A DNA stretch of 62,326 nucleotides, filler included. It is 15 parts of 15 records of this genome, joined end to end, with 100 filler letters (N's around TTAATTAATTAA, not from the genome) between each part and the next. Parts side by side here need not be neighbours in the genome. Positions count along the whole stretch, not along the records: positions 23,275 to 26,800 come from SRR15195285_14568; positions 26,901 to 31,445 come from SRR15195285_14571; positions 31,546 to 35,712 come from SRR15195285_14615; 12 more parts are not named here. One strand, given 5' to 3'. The notes beneath the pieces were generated by a model. It ran no database searches. It saw nothing but the letters and a program-made list of their open reading frames with translations, and was not told the origin of the DNA. The position numbers were made by a program, and so were the translations under genes. Below are positions 23,588-35,289 of this stretch, one piece after another. Numbering within the stretch: position 1 is the first letter of the stretch; every line of letters starts with the position of its first letter.

Positions 23588-26362
23588 ATGATAGCGCCTC
23601 TACTGTCTGCATCTCTCGTGGCTGCAGCCGAGACGTTCGGGCACGACACATCCGCCGGCCACTGCCTTGGCGTGTCGAACCGTGTCGATTGTGGCTACAC
23701 GGGCATCAGCGCGGTGGATTGCCACGGCCGTAACTGCTGCAGTGCCAGTGTGGATCGCGTAGAATCGCGCGTGGGCTGGAATGGCACAGAACATCAACTG
23801 TTCCACCACGCCTTTGCTGCTGAGCCCCCCGCCTGCTTCTACGGGGCCGAGGGCGTGCCTGTGGACAAGGTGCTCATCATTCAGAGCAACCACTTCGACG
23901 GAGGATATACGGCAGCACACGAGCCACCGCGGTACCAAACTCGCTACACGGGGGCGTTGCTATCTGTGCTCAATATGTACTTCGTCGAGTACTTCCCAGC
24001 CGCAGTTGCTACATCCGCAGAGCTGCGGCAGCGTGGAGGCCCGGAGCGCCTGCGCTACATGACCCACGCGTATATTGTGGACCTGTACCTGAACTGTCCG
24101 CCCAGGCGTGGCCTGCGGTGCCCCCCACTCTCTGCGGTTGAGGCGTTCACAGCGGCGGCGAAGCGCGGCGACATCTGGTGGCATGCCATGCCACACAACG
24201 CGGAGCTCGCTACGATGGCTCCACACACGATAGCTGCTGCGATAGGTGTCACGCATAGTCTGGATGATCGGCTCGCGTTGCCGAGGAGGCGCGTCGTGTC
24301 TCAGCGCGACGTGCCCGGTTTGCCTCGGGCTGTCCTTCCCATCATGGCTCAGGCAGGAGTCCGCGCCATCTCAGTCGGAGCGAATGGTGCTGTTCTTCCA
24401 CCGAACGTCCCGCCGGCATTTGTGTGGCGCGACGGTGACCCGAGCTCAGAGTATGTCACCACAGCCACGGCGAGTGCCGCAGCTGCGCAGAGCCGTGCTG
24501 GCCTACAGGTTGCGGCTCCGTCAGGGCAGGAGCTGCTCGTGCTCTTCCACGGGTATGGATACGGAAAGGAGCCTGGTACAGGCGAACCAGCCGGCTCGAA
24601 GTGGCAGCCAGGTGGCTTGGACAAACGGTCGGCCAAAGGTCCAGATTACGTCCAGCTGCCAGGAAGCAACATCGCGATGGTCTACTCGTGGCGGAAGGAC
24701 AATGAGGGTCCGCCGAACGCTTCTCAGGTCCTGTCGGACTTTGCAGATGCCCGAAGCTGGTTCCCGAAAGCGGAGGTGGTGGCAGGTACTCTGGACGAGT
24801 TTGTAAGCGAAGTCACGGTGGCACAACGGGCGCGTGTACCAGTGATTACAGCCGATCTTTCCGATTCTTGGCTCATGGGGATGTCATCTGACCCCATCAA
24901 AGGCCAGCGGATGCGTGCAATTGATCGTGTCATCGCGGCGCATACAGTCAACGACTCCGGTACAGTCTGGCAGTCGGATCCATTCTGCGCCAGCTTCATG
25001 CGCCAGTTCATTAAGGCCGGAGAACATACGTACGGGCGTGACCACCGCGGCTGGCCCAAGGACGGCCTGCTGTCAAACGGATGGTCCAACGCTGAGTTTC
25101 ACCGCGCTGTGCTTGCGAATCAGACCGCACAGTATCAATGGATGCCTGCCAGCTGGCAAGAGCAGCGAGATTGGGCACTGCGTTATCCAGTAGACGCTCT
25201 TGCAGAGGCACCACCAGGTAGCTTACCACGCACAATTGAGACTGCGATCAAGGACGAGTTGGCGCAGCTTGTACCGGTTGCTAGTCTGGATGGACTGCTG
25301 AACAATTCTACAGTGCCACCTCGCAAGGGCAATCGGCACGCCTTCATTCCTGTTCCACTTGTGACAAACGCGCAGCAAATGGCCACAGCGACATTGCAAC
25401 GACTCGGAGGGTGGGCTGATCTCAGCATCGGGAGAGATGGGGGCTTCTTCCTCAAGGACGCCACTGGTCGTTCCAAGTATTCGTGGTCTTCTGCCTCGCA
25501 AACAGGTGCAGATGCAAGCGGATCTGGATCTTCAGATGGTGGAATGGGTGCACTCGTCTACCAATCACTGAATGATGATAGTTATCGTGGCTTTCGAGAA
25601 GAATACTTACTAGATCCAGAAGATAACGAGACCTATGGCAAGCCCGGATTGACAGCGGACGTCGCACCAGAGCGTCTGTGGAAGCCAACGTTGACAAAAG
25701 CGTTTGTGGCGAATGGCACCGATAGCGCCGCGATTGTGTGCCTACTGCAGTTTCCAACACACGCACACCTAGCGTTCGGAGCGCCAGCGGAGGCATGGGT
25801 CCGCCTTGATATTAGAGGGCAGACCGGTAGGAGCTTGAATCTGACCGTGCAGCTCGTAAACAAGACAGCGACACGTGTGGCGGAGGCGATGTACTTGCGG
25901 TTGCCGAATCCTGACCGCATGGACAACTCTCACTCCAGCGCTAGCGCCGGGCGCTGGATGATGGACAAGTTGGGTGAGTATTCATCACCACTTGATCAGG
26001 TGGATGGTGCTGGCAAGGGCTTGCAATACATCACATCTGGGCTTGCTTACGTCTCAAGCGACGTCTCAAGCGAGACCGTTTCGAATGGCACTGAGCTTGG
26101 CCGCCCTCAGTTTGATGCATCAAGAGAGCAAGTGTTGCTGATTGAATCTCCTGATGTTGGGCTGGTGCGTTGGGGCGAACCGTTGCCGTTTCCGACTCCA
26201 CTTCGAGGCAACGTGTCTCTCGCGGCGGGGGCGAGCTTTGTCGTATTCGACAATGCGTGGAACACCAACTTTCTCTATTGGTGGCCTTTCGTTGGCGCAG
26301 AAGAAGCGACGGCTGATGGGCTCTACGCGAGCGCTATCTTTCGTTGGAGGCTCCATCTGTAA
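23588..26362 (+). CDS. DUF5054/GH38-like secreted glycosidase with an N-terminal trefoil (P-type) domain, intronless, 924 aa
   Basis: NRVDCGYTGIS..C..RNCC...CFY trefoil; SNHFDGGY, GDIWWHAMPHN, SQRDVPG, DNEGPP, DSWLMGMSSDP, EHTYG, NKTATRVAEA and DNAWNTNF motifs. Confidence 0.83.
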   Translation: MIAPLLSASLVAAAETFGHDTSAGHCLGVSNRVDCGYTGISAVDCHGRNCCSASVDRVESRVGWNGTEHQLFHHAFAAEPPACFYGAEGVPVDKVLIIQSNHFDGGYTAAHEPPRYQTRYTGALLSVLNMYFVEYFPAAVATSAELRQRGGPERLRYMTHAYIVDLYLNCPPRRGLRCPPLSAVEAFTAAAKRGDIWWHAMPHNAELATMAPHTIAAAIGVTHSLDDRLALPRRRVVSQRDVPGLPRAVLPIMAQAGVRAISVGANGAVLPPNVPPAFVWRDGDPSSEYVTTATASAAAAQSRAGLQVAAPSGQELLVLFHGYGYGKEPGTGEPAGSKWQPGGLDKRSAKGPDYVQLPGSNIAMVYSWRKDNEGPPNASQVLSDFADARSWFPKAEVVAGTLDEFVSEVTVAQRARVPVITADLSDSWLMGMSSDPIKGQRMRAIDRVIAAHTVNDSGTVWQSDPFCASFMRQFIKAGEHTYGRDHRGWPKDGLLSNGWSNAEFHRAVLANQTAQYQWMPASWQEQRDWALRYPVDALAEAPPGSLPRTIETAIKDELAQLVPVASLDGLLNNSTVPPRKGNRHAFIPVPLVTNAQQMATATLQRLGGWADLSIGRDGGFFLKDATGRSKYSWSSASQTGADASGSGSSDGGMGALVYQSLNDDSYRGFREEYLLDPEDNETYGKPGLTADVAPERLWKPTLTKAFVANGTDSAAIVCLLQFPTHAHLAFGAPAEAWVRLDIRGQTGRSLNLTVQLVNKTATRVAEAMYLRLPNPDRMDNSHSSASAGRWMMDKLGEYSSPLDQVDGAGKGLQYITSGLAYVSSDVSSETVSNGTELGRPQFDASREQVLLIESPDVGLVRWGEPLPFPTPLRGNVSLAAGASFVVFDNAWNTNFLYWWPFVGAEEATADGLYASAIFRWRLHL

Positions 26363-26900
26363 CGAATAGAACAGTTGTTTTGGCACCGCATACGACGGCC
26401 TTACACGTTCTAATTTTGCAACTATCTTGACTACTGTAGCAGTTGCACACCATTGTGTCAGCGGGTTTATAAATAATCATAGGGTCAACGATAGAAGAGT
26501 GAATAATTCATGGATACCTAGTGATTCTGAGAGTTATAGAGTTCGATATTCTGGACGATTCCAACTTCTGGACGATTCAAACGTTAGTTTGGCAGTGACA
26601 ATTTTCGGTACAATAGTAAAATGCTCGCATTCGAATACTGTAGCTAGGCTGTAGGTCAATAGAACCACCCACGAGACTATAATTGGTGATTGCAACCAGA
26701 GTCGCGACGGAATCCAGAGTCAATTATGACTCAGTGCAAGATGTAGCGATATTTCTTCTCGGCGGCGAGCACTGCTGATGGACTCAGCTCCTCGGCGCGC
26801 NNNNNNNNNNNNNNNNNNNNNNNNNNNNNNNNNNNNNNNNNNNNTTAATTAATTAANNNNNNNNNNNNNNNNNNNNNNNNNNNNNNNNNNNNNNNNNNNN

Positions 26901-28952
26901 CTATCAGGGTGTGGTGGACTGAGTATTGGCAGCAGAGTGCGATCAGTCTCCCGACTCGTTCAAATATCGAGCGATTTTGGTTCGGCGCGCAGTACATCGG
27001 CGCTAGCATGGCCTCAACCAATCCTGAGGTTCCTCCCTCTGGCTTGTATGGACCTTGGGTAACATCTGACCGGCCCAGCTGGGGAGGCGACTATACCCTG
27101 GACTATAACCAGGTAAACTTGCAACTTTCTACAGTTGCAACTTGCATTGTCCTTAGCCTTTGAAACAGTTTGCATTCTCACAGGAGGCTCAGTTCTATGG
27201 CGTCTTTGGATCGAATCATCCAGCACAGGCTGCGTCATACTGGAAGCCAATCACTGAGTGGATCCCACATGCAAGAGCCGAGGCTACGGCATTTGCAGCG
27301 CACCTCAATCTGACTCGCCCCGTGTGCAAGCAGGCGCTGCACTATAGCTGCCATCTTGCTCCATGGGGATTTCAGAGCGAGGACACAACAATCTAGTGCG
27401 GACACCCTTGTTTGCCTTCAGATGCGCCGAAACTGCTCTACCTTGAAACGCTCTCATCCCGACCCTGACACTTCGGACATGTCAATGTGTCGGTTCGATG
27501 CGCACAGCATGCACTGGAATGGGGCGTTCGCTTCCATGCTATTCCTGAACCACTGGGAGTTTACCCGCAATATCACCTTCGCCAACGAGACAGTCTACCC
27601 CCTTGTCTCGGGGCTTGTGAGCTGGTGGTCTTGCTTTCTACAGAGAGATAAAAGCAGGGATGGCAGGCTAGTGCTGGAAGACTGGAACGTGATCGATCCA
27701 GACGAGTCAGGGGAGAACCAAGTGAGAAATGGTGCAAATTTTGGATTCATGCCTGGACCAGACCATATGAAGCACTGACGTAGAGAGCTGTGTACTTGGT
27801 CCGCAGGCTGTTCGGAACCCGATGATAGGTCTATCGTTTGCCAAACGTCTTGCGTCTTTTCAGATCGCACTGGCGAAAGTGCTCTTTCCGACCCGGCCAG
27901 CGCCGCCCGAGGCGACTGAAATCGTGCGCTATCTCGCGCCTTTTCCAGTGTCAAAGTCAACGGCAGCCACCGGTAATGACAAGCAGCCAGTGTGGACCAG
28001 CTGGGAGAACGCAACCATCCAAGAGAGGTATGACGAAACGGCTCTTGTTTTCTTGAGAATCAGCTTCTCTAGTTCAAGCTGATCACGATCGTGGTCCTAA
28101 TTCATGACCACACAGACCCAGATCACTCAAGGAAAAGTTGTTGTTTTGTTTAGTGGAATCTTCGCGCTGTATCCTCTGTTTCCAACCGAACTGCTAGACG
28201 CGGACTACCCTGATGAAGCCGTGCTAGACACCGCGCGGAGGAGTGCCAAGCAGTACACCGGGCCCGACCCAAGCCAGCTCGCACACTCTCGACCTGTGGA
28301 GGCTTTCCCTGCGGTTGTTCGAGCTGGCCACACTTCCACCAGCGGATGGCAGCCACGTGATGTCCTTGATGGTCTAGATCAGATGCTGAGTGCCTTGCAA
28401 TGCTGCAACACCTCAATGCTGCCCATAGCGACAGGTGAGGGAAGCGCTCCTATTTCGATTGCCAGTGACTCTTGCCGAGATAGAACCCGTACATTGTTTG
28501 CAAACTGAAAACGATGTCACGTTTATTCAGGTGGAGGAGTTGAAAATGTAGGAGTTTCGCGCGCGGTGAATGAGATGCTTCTTAGCGCTCCCGGAGGTGG
28601 TCTCTATATCAAGCTCTTTCCGTTCTTCCCAAAGAATGAGCCCGCTGCCTTCACCACACTCAGGAGCAAAGGTGGATGGCTGGTTTCTGCGGCCCAGTCG
28701 GCGCTCGGAGTAGTCTCAGATGTACGGATAGAGGCAACAGTGGCAGGCACTAACACTGTTCGGCTCCTGAGCCCATGGGGGGGTAGCAGATCTACACTAC
28801 CAGAGCACGTACACGTGATCTGCTCGTCCAGCCCTACGTCGCCGAATGTGACGCTATCTGCCGCTGGCTCGCGGACAGGGCTCCTCACATGGACAATGGT
28901 GGGCGGGCAAGCATGCACCGTCCAGTGCATTGGTGCGTGCACCCCATCTTAG
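26901..28952 (+). CDS. GH95-like (alpha-L-fucosidase-type six-hairpin glycosidase), 5' truncated, 6 exons seen
   Basis: PPSGLYGPW..WGGDYTLDYNQ|EAQFYG..SNHP; GGVENVG..AVNEMLL..IKLFP..FTTLRSKGGWLVSA C-terminus; five GT-AG introns restore the frame. Confidence 0.8.
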
Positions 28953-29589
28953 TGGCGGCAGCATTAAATGAACACAATTTGAACACCGGGCACAAGAGAC
29001 CATACGGGTCGAGCCTGTCGAGGTGTGATCGCAATGTGCTTCCTAAGTGTTTTGGAAACATTCACACAAAATACAAGTGCAACCCTCATGGGGTCGGGGC
29101 TGCACTCGATCGAGTCCGGCAAGACGGGCAGTGCACATAGGGCTGTCTTCTAGCACCTTAGCTCCCACCGTCTCCCCGCCCCAGCGCTGCACAGGACCCC
29201 TAGCTACCAGTACCACAATCCACGTGCCGAGGTGTGTCAATTTCAAAATTCAAACGCTAACGTTCAGGGGGTGGGTTGGATTCGTTGCCGTCGTTGGGAA
29301 CATGATTTTCGTCGCAACCGCATTGAGTATTGCGTGTGTTGTTGTCTCTTTCTCAGCTCTGATATCCTTGGATCAACACTGGAGCTCAAAGGCAGCACGA
29401 TGGACCCGTTCTCACTAACCAGCTCGTGTTGCTGCCGTGCATCGAGCGCCAGCAGAGGGCGATGCAGTGGTCCGGTTGGAACGAGACAACCTTGCAAATT
29501 ATGTGGGAATGCATTCAAACGATCGAGTCTTATCCTCGCAAAGGAAAACTGGAACAATTTGCACGTGGTCACTAGAATCAGCGCCTTGG

Positions 29590-31445
29590 TCAGTCAAAGC
29601 CCATGGTGGCCTGGTTGTCCATTGCATCGTCCTCCAGCACTGGATTATTCGTCACACGCTCGTGCTTGTTGTCGAATTGTTCTTGCGCTTCCATGGTCTC
29701 CTCGGCCGGGTCATTGGACGGTAGGAGGTCATACAAATACGGCTTGTCCACATGTGGTACGCAGTAGCGCAGAGGTGGCAGCCTATAAATGAAGTCGGTG
29801 CCCATGCAACACTGCGAGACGATTGTCAACAACATGTAAAAAACCGGGAACAGCATGTTGAAGTCGGTCCATTCCAAGGCCGGGAAAATGAAAATTTTCA
29901 TGTCGAGAATGTAGGCCATCGGGACGATCATGGAGAACACCACATCAATCAGCTCGCCAAGGTCAAGCTTATGGTCCACGAGCCACCGCGACAATGGATG
30001 CGCCGGCACCGGCAGAACCACGTCGTGCCGGAGCGCGCTTGGAACCACCCCACCGACCTTCGCGACGTGATGGGACACACCGAGAGCATAAACGATCAAG
30101 GACTCAACACAAGCCAGGACGACAAAGAAGTTCGAATGGAACATGAACTTGTGCGCTGGTGTCGGCCGGCCACTCTGGGGCATCGACGGAGTTATGACCT
30201 GCGACAGCGCCATCAGTGCTAGCCTGCATAGTTTACGCAGTTTACGACAACCAGCACCACGTGATAAATTCAGTCGGGTGCAATGGTTTTCAGAGCAGAG
30301 AGTCATGCAAGCGCGCTGTGGGTTTTTTCAGGCATTATGGAGCCGTAGTTCTAGATTGTGTGCCATGATATTGTGGTACTGATGTATTGTGAAGCTCACA
30401 GCAGTGTAATTGCCGAGGCTAGCCGCGCCTCAATGTGCACGGTCTTTAAATTGTAGCAGATGGACGACAACTGTAGGAACAGGTCTGCTGTGAGCGCAGT
30501 AGAACTGCAAGGAACGGCGAAGAAACACGACGAGTAGCAGCAAAACAGGGCTAAAGAGAGCTCACCGTTGTCAACAGAACGATTGGTCGCAAGTAGTTGT
30601 AGGTGAAATGGCTCGAAATCCGTTCGACCTCGATACTGATCGTCGCAGTCGTGAAGTAGACTGCCGTCTCGGATGCTTCATCTGCAGCGTTTGAGCTCGA
30701 ACCCTGTGCAATCTTTACAACTGACGGACTGTTTGATTTCATGTCCGAACTTCTGCGTGGTGCTTCATGCACCGCCCCTGATCTTGCAGAGCTTTGGGCA
30801 AATGTCCAGCCAGGGGCTCCGATTGTGTATGCGACATTGGCCACGTTCACATCACCGATGGTCAGCCTCACCTGATCGTAATTGCTGCCAAGCTGCATCG
30901 AGATAGTCAGCGACTGCGAATCGAACGGAAAGTTTGAAAACTGCATAGTAGTTTTGAACGTCCCACGAACGACCTCCTGCTTGCGGCCAGTGCCTTTCGC
31001 CCAAACCAGCTTCGTATCAGTGCTATCAACTTCTTTTGCATTTGTCCATGTGATCTCAGGCACCCAAGCCTTGTCGCAGCAACGTGACGCTTCAGGTGGT
31101 GTGTCGCCTTCGTACTCGTTGACGGCCGTGTCGAAGCATGGGATCTGACAATCTTCGATCTGCGAGGCCGATTCCGGCGGGATGAAGTTGATACGATCAT
31201 CGGGCCACTGCGTGTATATAATCCCCCTCCACTCAAACTCCATAGCGACATCGTCAACCATGTAGAGATCGGTCAGCGTCAGGCTTCGCTCAACAGAGAT
31301 TGGACCTAGTCGCTCCAGTCTAGAGCAAGAGAGCTCGTTCGGAGGGCGATCCAGCGACTCTGGGAATGCGTACATTTCCACTTGTGTCAGCAGCGGCTGG
31401 ATGAACGTGAACGGCATTTTTACGCTCTTCGCCCAAATCTGCAGC
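29590..31445 (-). CDS. Cys-less (Pro-loop) pentameric ligand-gated ion channel subunit, 5' truncated
   Basis: QWPDDR, AWVPEITWTN, FSNFPFDSQSL (Pro-loop without flanking Cys), pre-M1 VER. M1 YLRPIVLLTT|LSSICY, M2 EARLASAITLL|LALMAL, M3 and M4. Exons 31445-30566, 30470-30400, 30223-29590. Confidence 0.87.
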
Positions 31446-31695
31446 NNNNNNNNNNNNNNNNNNNNNNNNNNNNNNNNNNNNNNNNNNNNTTAATTAATTA
31501 ANNNNNNNNNNNNNNNNNNNNNNNNNNNNNNNNNNNNNNNNNNNNAGAATGCGGAGCTAGAAGGGCTATCCCCCCGCCTTCATCAGCAACCCTACCCTTT
31601 CCCACTAGCATCACGCCCAACCCCATGCCCTGGCGCGCTTTTTGCAAAATGCCAATTCATTTAGGCGTGTATTTGTTGGCAAAAGCGAAACTTCG

Positions 31696-34600
31696 CTACA
31701 CCACGGCGGTGAGGTTTCCCGCGGGACTTGCGAGATCCACATCCTTCATGCCCATGTGGACAAGATAAACCACGATTGTGCTGCCCATGGCCGCAACTCC
31801 AGCTAGTGTTTGCTTAAGGAAGCGTAAGGAAACAACTGTACCGAACATCATGAACCCTGGACCGAAGTGATTGTTGCACCGATCTGCAAAAAGGCACGGG
31901 TGTGGCAGGGGCACACCTGTTACTTGGAATGATGGAACGATAGACACACAGGCAGGTTATGTGGGGACAAGAGAGGTGTTGTGCGACATAATCCAAGGAC
32001 ACAGGAGGATCCGACCATGGCAGACAAGCCTACCAAGAAATTCGATCAGATGTGCGGCTCGTTGTGATGACGAATCTTCCTCCATCCCTCTGCTCTGGCA
32101 GGTCCGGAGTTCGTTCAGCTGATCCAAGAGATTATCCGTGGCAGAAGAGACAGACGCTGGGCCATAAAGGAGCCAAATAGGTGCCAGAGCCCAGAGCGTG
32201 ACCACTATGAACATGAAGTATTGGATCACTATACCGTGCTCCCTGTTATCGACCTGCCGTGCGGCCAACGGCAGCGAGAGCAGGGCGAACAGCCAGAAGC
32301 AGACGAAGGTGGATCCGATCGCTTCTCCCCAGGCTGAGAGAGCGGGTAGAGTGGTGTGCGCCAGCTCCAGCACTGGATTTTGCACTTGAAGGTACCAGGA
32401 GGCTCGGCTACCGCCTTGTAGGCCAGCGTGATCATCGTCATCATGCGTACCCGCAGCCCAGTTGAGGGCGCGTTTTCGCAAATCGTTGATCTCATCAGTG
32501 ACGAGAGCCACCGCCAGCAGAAGCGAACAGAACCACGAAGCAAAAATGAACGTTGCGACGCCACAGCCAAGAACCATCAGCACGACCGCTGCAGAATCAA
32601 CCAGTTCACTGCTGATTTTCGAGTTGCCATCGCCTGTATCAATGGCCGAGTCTGTGCGTGTGCCTCTCGGCCAGAGGTACAGGTAAGCATAGCCCACATG
32701 GGTCGCGTACATGGCCAATCCGAGCCAAGATACAGTACGGCGTGCCCTCTGTAGTTTGGCTATGTCCTCGTGTGTAACTGCCAATATGCAGCAGCCAAAT
32801 ATCATGGTGGCATTAGATGAAGCCATTGACACATCTCGTGCCAACGGAGTTGTGCGAGCAAAACCCTAGTCCTACGCAGCGAACGTCTCTCTACGAAATT
32901 GTCTAAATCAAACAGATATTCGTCTGCAGCTTACGGATCGTGGGGCGGTGCATCTGCTTCTTGGTGAGGTCACCAGAATGCCGATCAATCACCGGCCTCT
33001 GAGTGTACGAGCTCCACCTCAGGTTTGATAGCGCGTAGCTCGCAGAGTCATCAAGAAAGATTCTTCGTTCTCCCATGTCGTGCGATGGTGGGGCCACGTC
33101 TTGCTGATGATTTAGGTAAATGCGAATGTTCTCGAGAAACCGCTTCTGCGAAAAGCCCTTTGTTTCACGGTGTTTCAGCCCGCATAACTGCTCGCCGTCG
33201 CATGCAATGAACTTCTCGAGCGTCGCAATGTGGTCGACGCCGATCGAACAGCTACCAGGGACGGTATCGTCCTCTTGTGATGATGCTGTGATCATATTTC
33301 GCATATTGTTTGCGTCCACCTGTTCCCAGAAGATTCTCTGTCACGCTCCACACGCTGACTAGAGCCTATGTTTGACAAACCATCTAGCATCGTCGTTGAT
33401 AACATTAACAACATGGAAGAGGGGTGTATGAAACGCACCATCGCGTCCATTAACAATCTAGCTCTTCGGTCTTCAATGTGTGTAAAGGTATCAAACGAGT
33501 TGTAGAGGTTCCGAATATGCTCCTCCCTTTGCACCTTCATTTTGACATGTTTATGTTTGTCGCCCAAGAGATTATCGACAAAAAAGGGAACCAGTTTGTG
33601 CATTCTGTCAAAGATCTTTTCTTCCATGGGGAAGACAAGACACGTTGAAGTTTCAACAGCAACGATTGAGGCCCCGCGGTATTCGAGGCTTTCGGCCTCG
33701 TTCGTTTTTGGTCGCCATGCACGCTCCCCGAAGTAGTCCATAGGAGAAAAGCGCTTCGTCATGATGCCACCCTTCCATGACTCTACTGAACCAGACTGTA
33801 AGATGAAGAGGTCCGTCGCGGCGGCACCTTGGAGCACGATCACATCGCCCTTCTCATAGTGCCTTGTGTCCGCCAGTTCTGCCACTGCCTGCCAGTCTAT
33901 CTGTGCGCCATCTACGTCCGCGTTGGGCTGAAACACCGGCACGGTTTGCAGAAACTCGACAGGGGAAAGTAGCGCCGTATTCTGGTTCGATCGCATGCCA
34001 GCTAGCCCCCTGGGGGATGCGCTCACTGGCCTTGGCGTGCGAGCTGGTCTTCTGGGCGCAGTGGCGTGTTGCTGAGACCCTGCTTTTGCTGCCCTGATAC
34101 CCTTCAGCTTCTTCTTTGTGCGGAATACAAGCTGCACCGTCGTAACCGCTTGGATCGCTCGTCTCTGTCTCTCTAGGACATGCAGTCTCTCGAGCGTCTC
34201 ATTCCACAGTGTCTGATTTTCGTACTGCTCTACGATCAGATCGATGATCTCTTCACGTAGGAAGCTGCTTTCCAGCGCCTTCTCATCCACGCCCATCGTC
34301 TGCGCCACTTGATGCAGCCAGCAGGTCCTCAACCGAACGACTTCACGCAGATTGTGAAACATCATGACGAACCCCCACCAGAAGAAGAGCGATCCCATCG
34401 CGTGGAGCGACAGGGTTTGTGTAGTGCTCGACACGGGTGTGTCGCTTCGCATGCCTGCCCGGAAGATGAGCACGGGCGAGACCACAGCCAAAGCCACGAG
34501 GATCAAGTAGATCGGAATGTAGACGTACCACTCATCCAATTTCTGCCACAGCGGCGAGAGCAGCCAACGCCTCTCAGTCCAAGATGGCTCTTGCAGCGGG

Positions 34601-35289
34601 CCTCCCCAGACCTTGTCGCCTGGCAGCGTCGGCTGGTGCTTGAAAAATCCAGCGGCGAGTTCGCTCATGTGCTGCCTCGTATGGGCTGGAATGAACCAGC
34701 CTGGCGGAAGACTCTCGCCTTGGACCGCCCGCTCCAACACCACCCGCTTGTATTCGGCCTGCAGCTGCAGCACCTTCAGCTTGTAGTGCCAATCGTCTGC
34801 ATCTGCCGTGCTGACACGTTCAAGCTCTTTCTGGCTGACCCCAAGCTCAATCGCGCGCCGCCGCAGCGCGTTGAGGTCGCCCTTGCGGAGCATGGTTTGG
34901 ACCTCCTGTTTGAGCCTCTTCCGCGCCTCTGCTTCCGCCTCCCGAAGCATAGTAGATCCGCCAGTTAAGACCGGCGTGTCCAGGCACACTGGGGCGGCCA
35001 TGAGCTCCTTGTCGGTGAAAAGTGGGATCTGGTCCGCGTGCATGGGCAACGTGGAGCTCAGAATTGCGTCCAGCTTTGAAATTTTCTGGCGGAAGGACTG
35101 GACGTCCTTCCAGGCAATGGGTACGTCCTGTTTGCCGCCCCCCTGTTCCGCTGCCCGCTCCCTATCGAGGTCCATCGACACATCCAACGGGTCCACCGAC
35201 ACATTCAGAACATTCTCAACGTCGGGCGCAATCTGATGATAGTCCGTCTTGTGCCTAGCTCGCCCCGGCGGCTTTGCTGCCCTCTGCAT
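31696..35289 (-). CDS. Gustatory-receptor-like 7TM ion channel (7TMIC/GRL-like) with an inserted cyclic-nucleotide-binding domain, 4 exons, about 1055 aa
   Basis: Exons 35289-33439, 33319-32935, 32777-32034, 31883-31696 (3168 nt; all GT-AG; phases 0, 1, 1 all match). Seven hydrophobic segments; CNBD YEKGDVIVLQG..DLFILQSGSV..YFGERA..RGASIVA; C-terminal LIEFLDRCNNHFGPGFMMFGTVVS..TM7. Confidence 0.75.
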
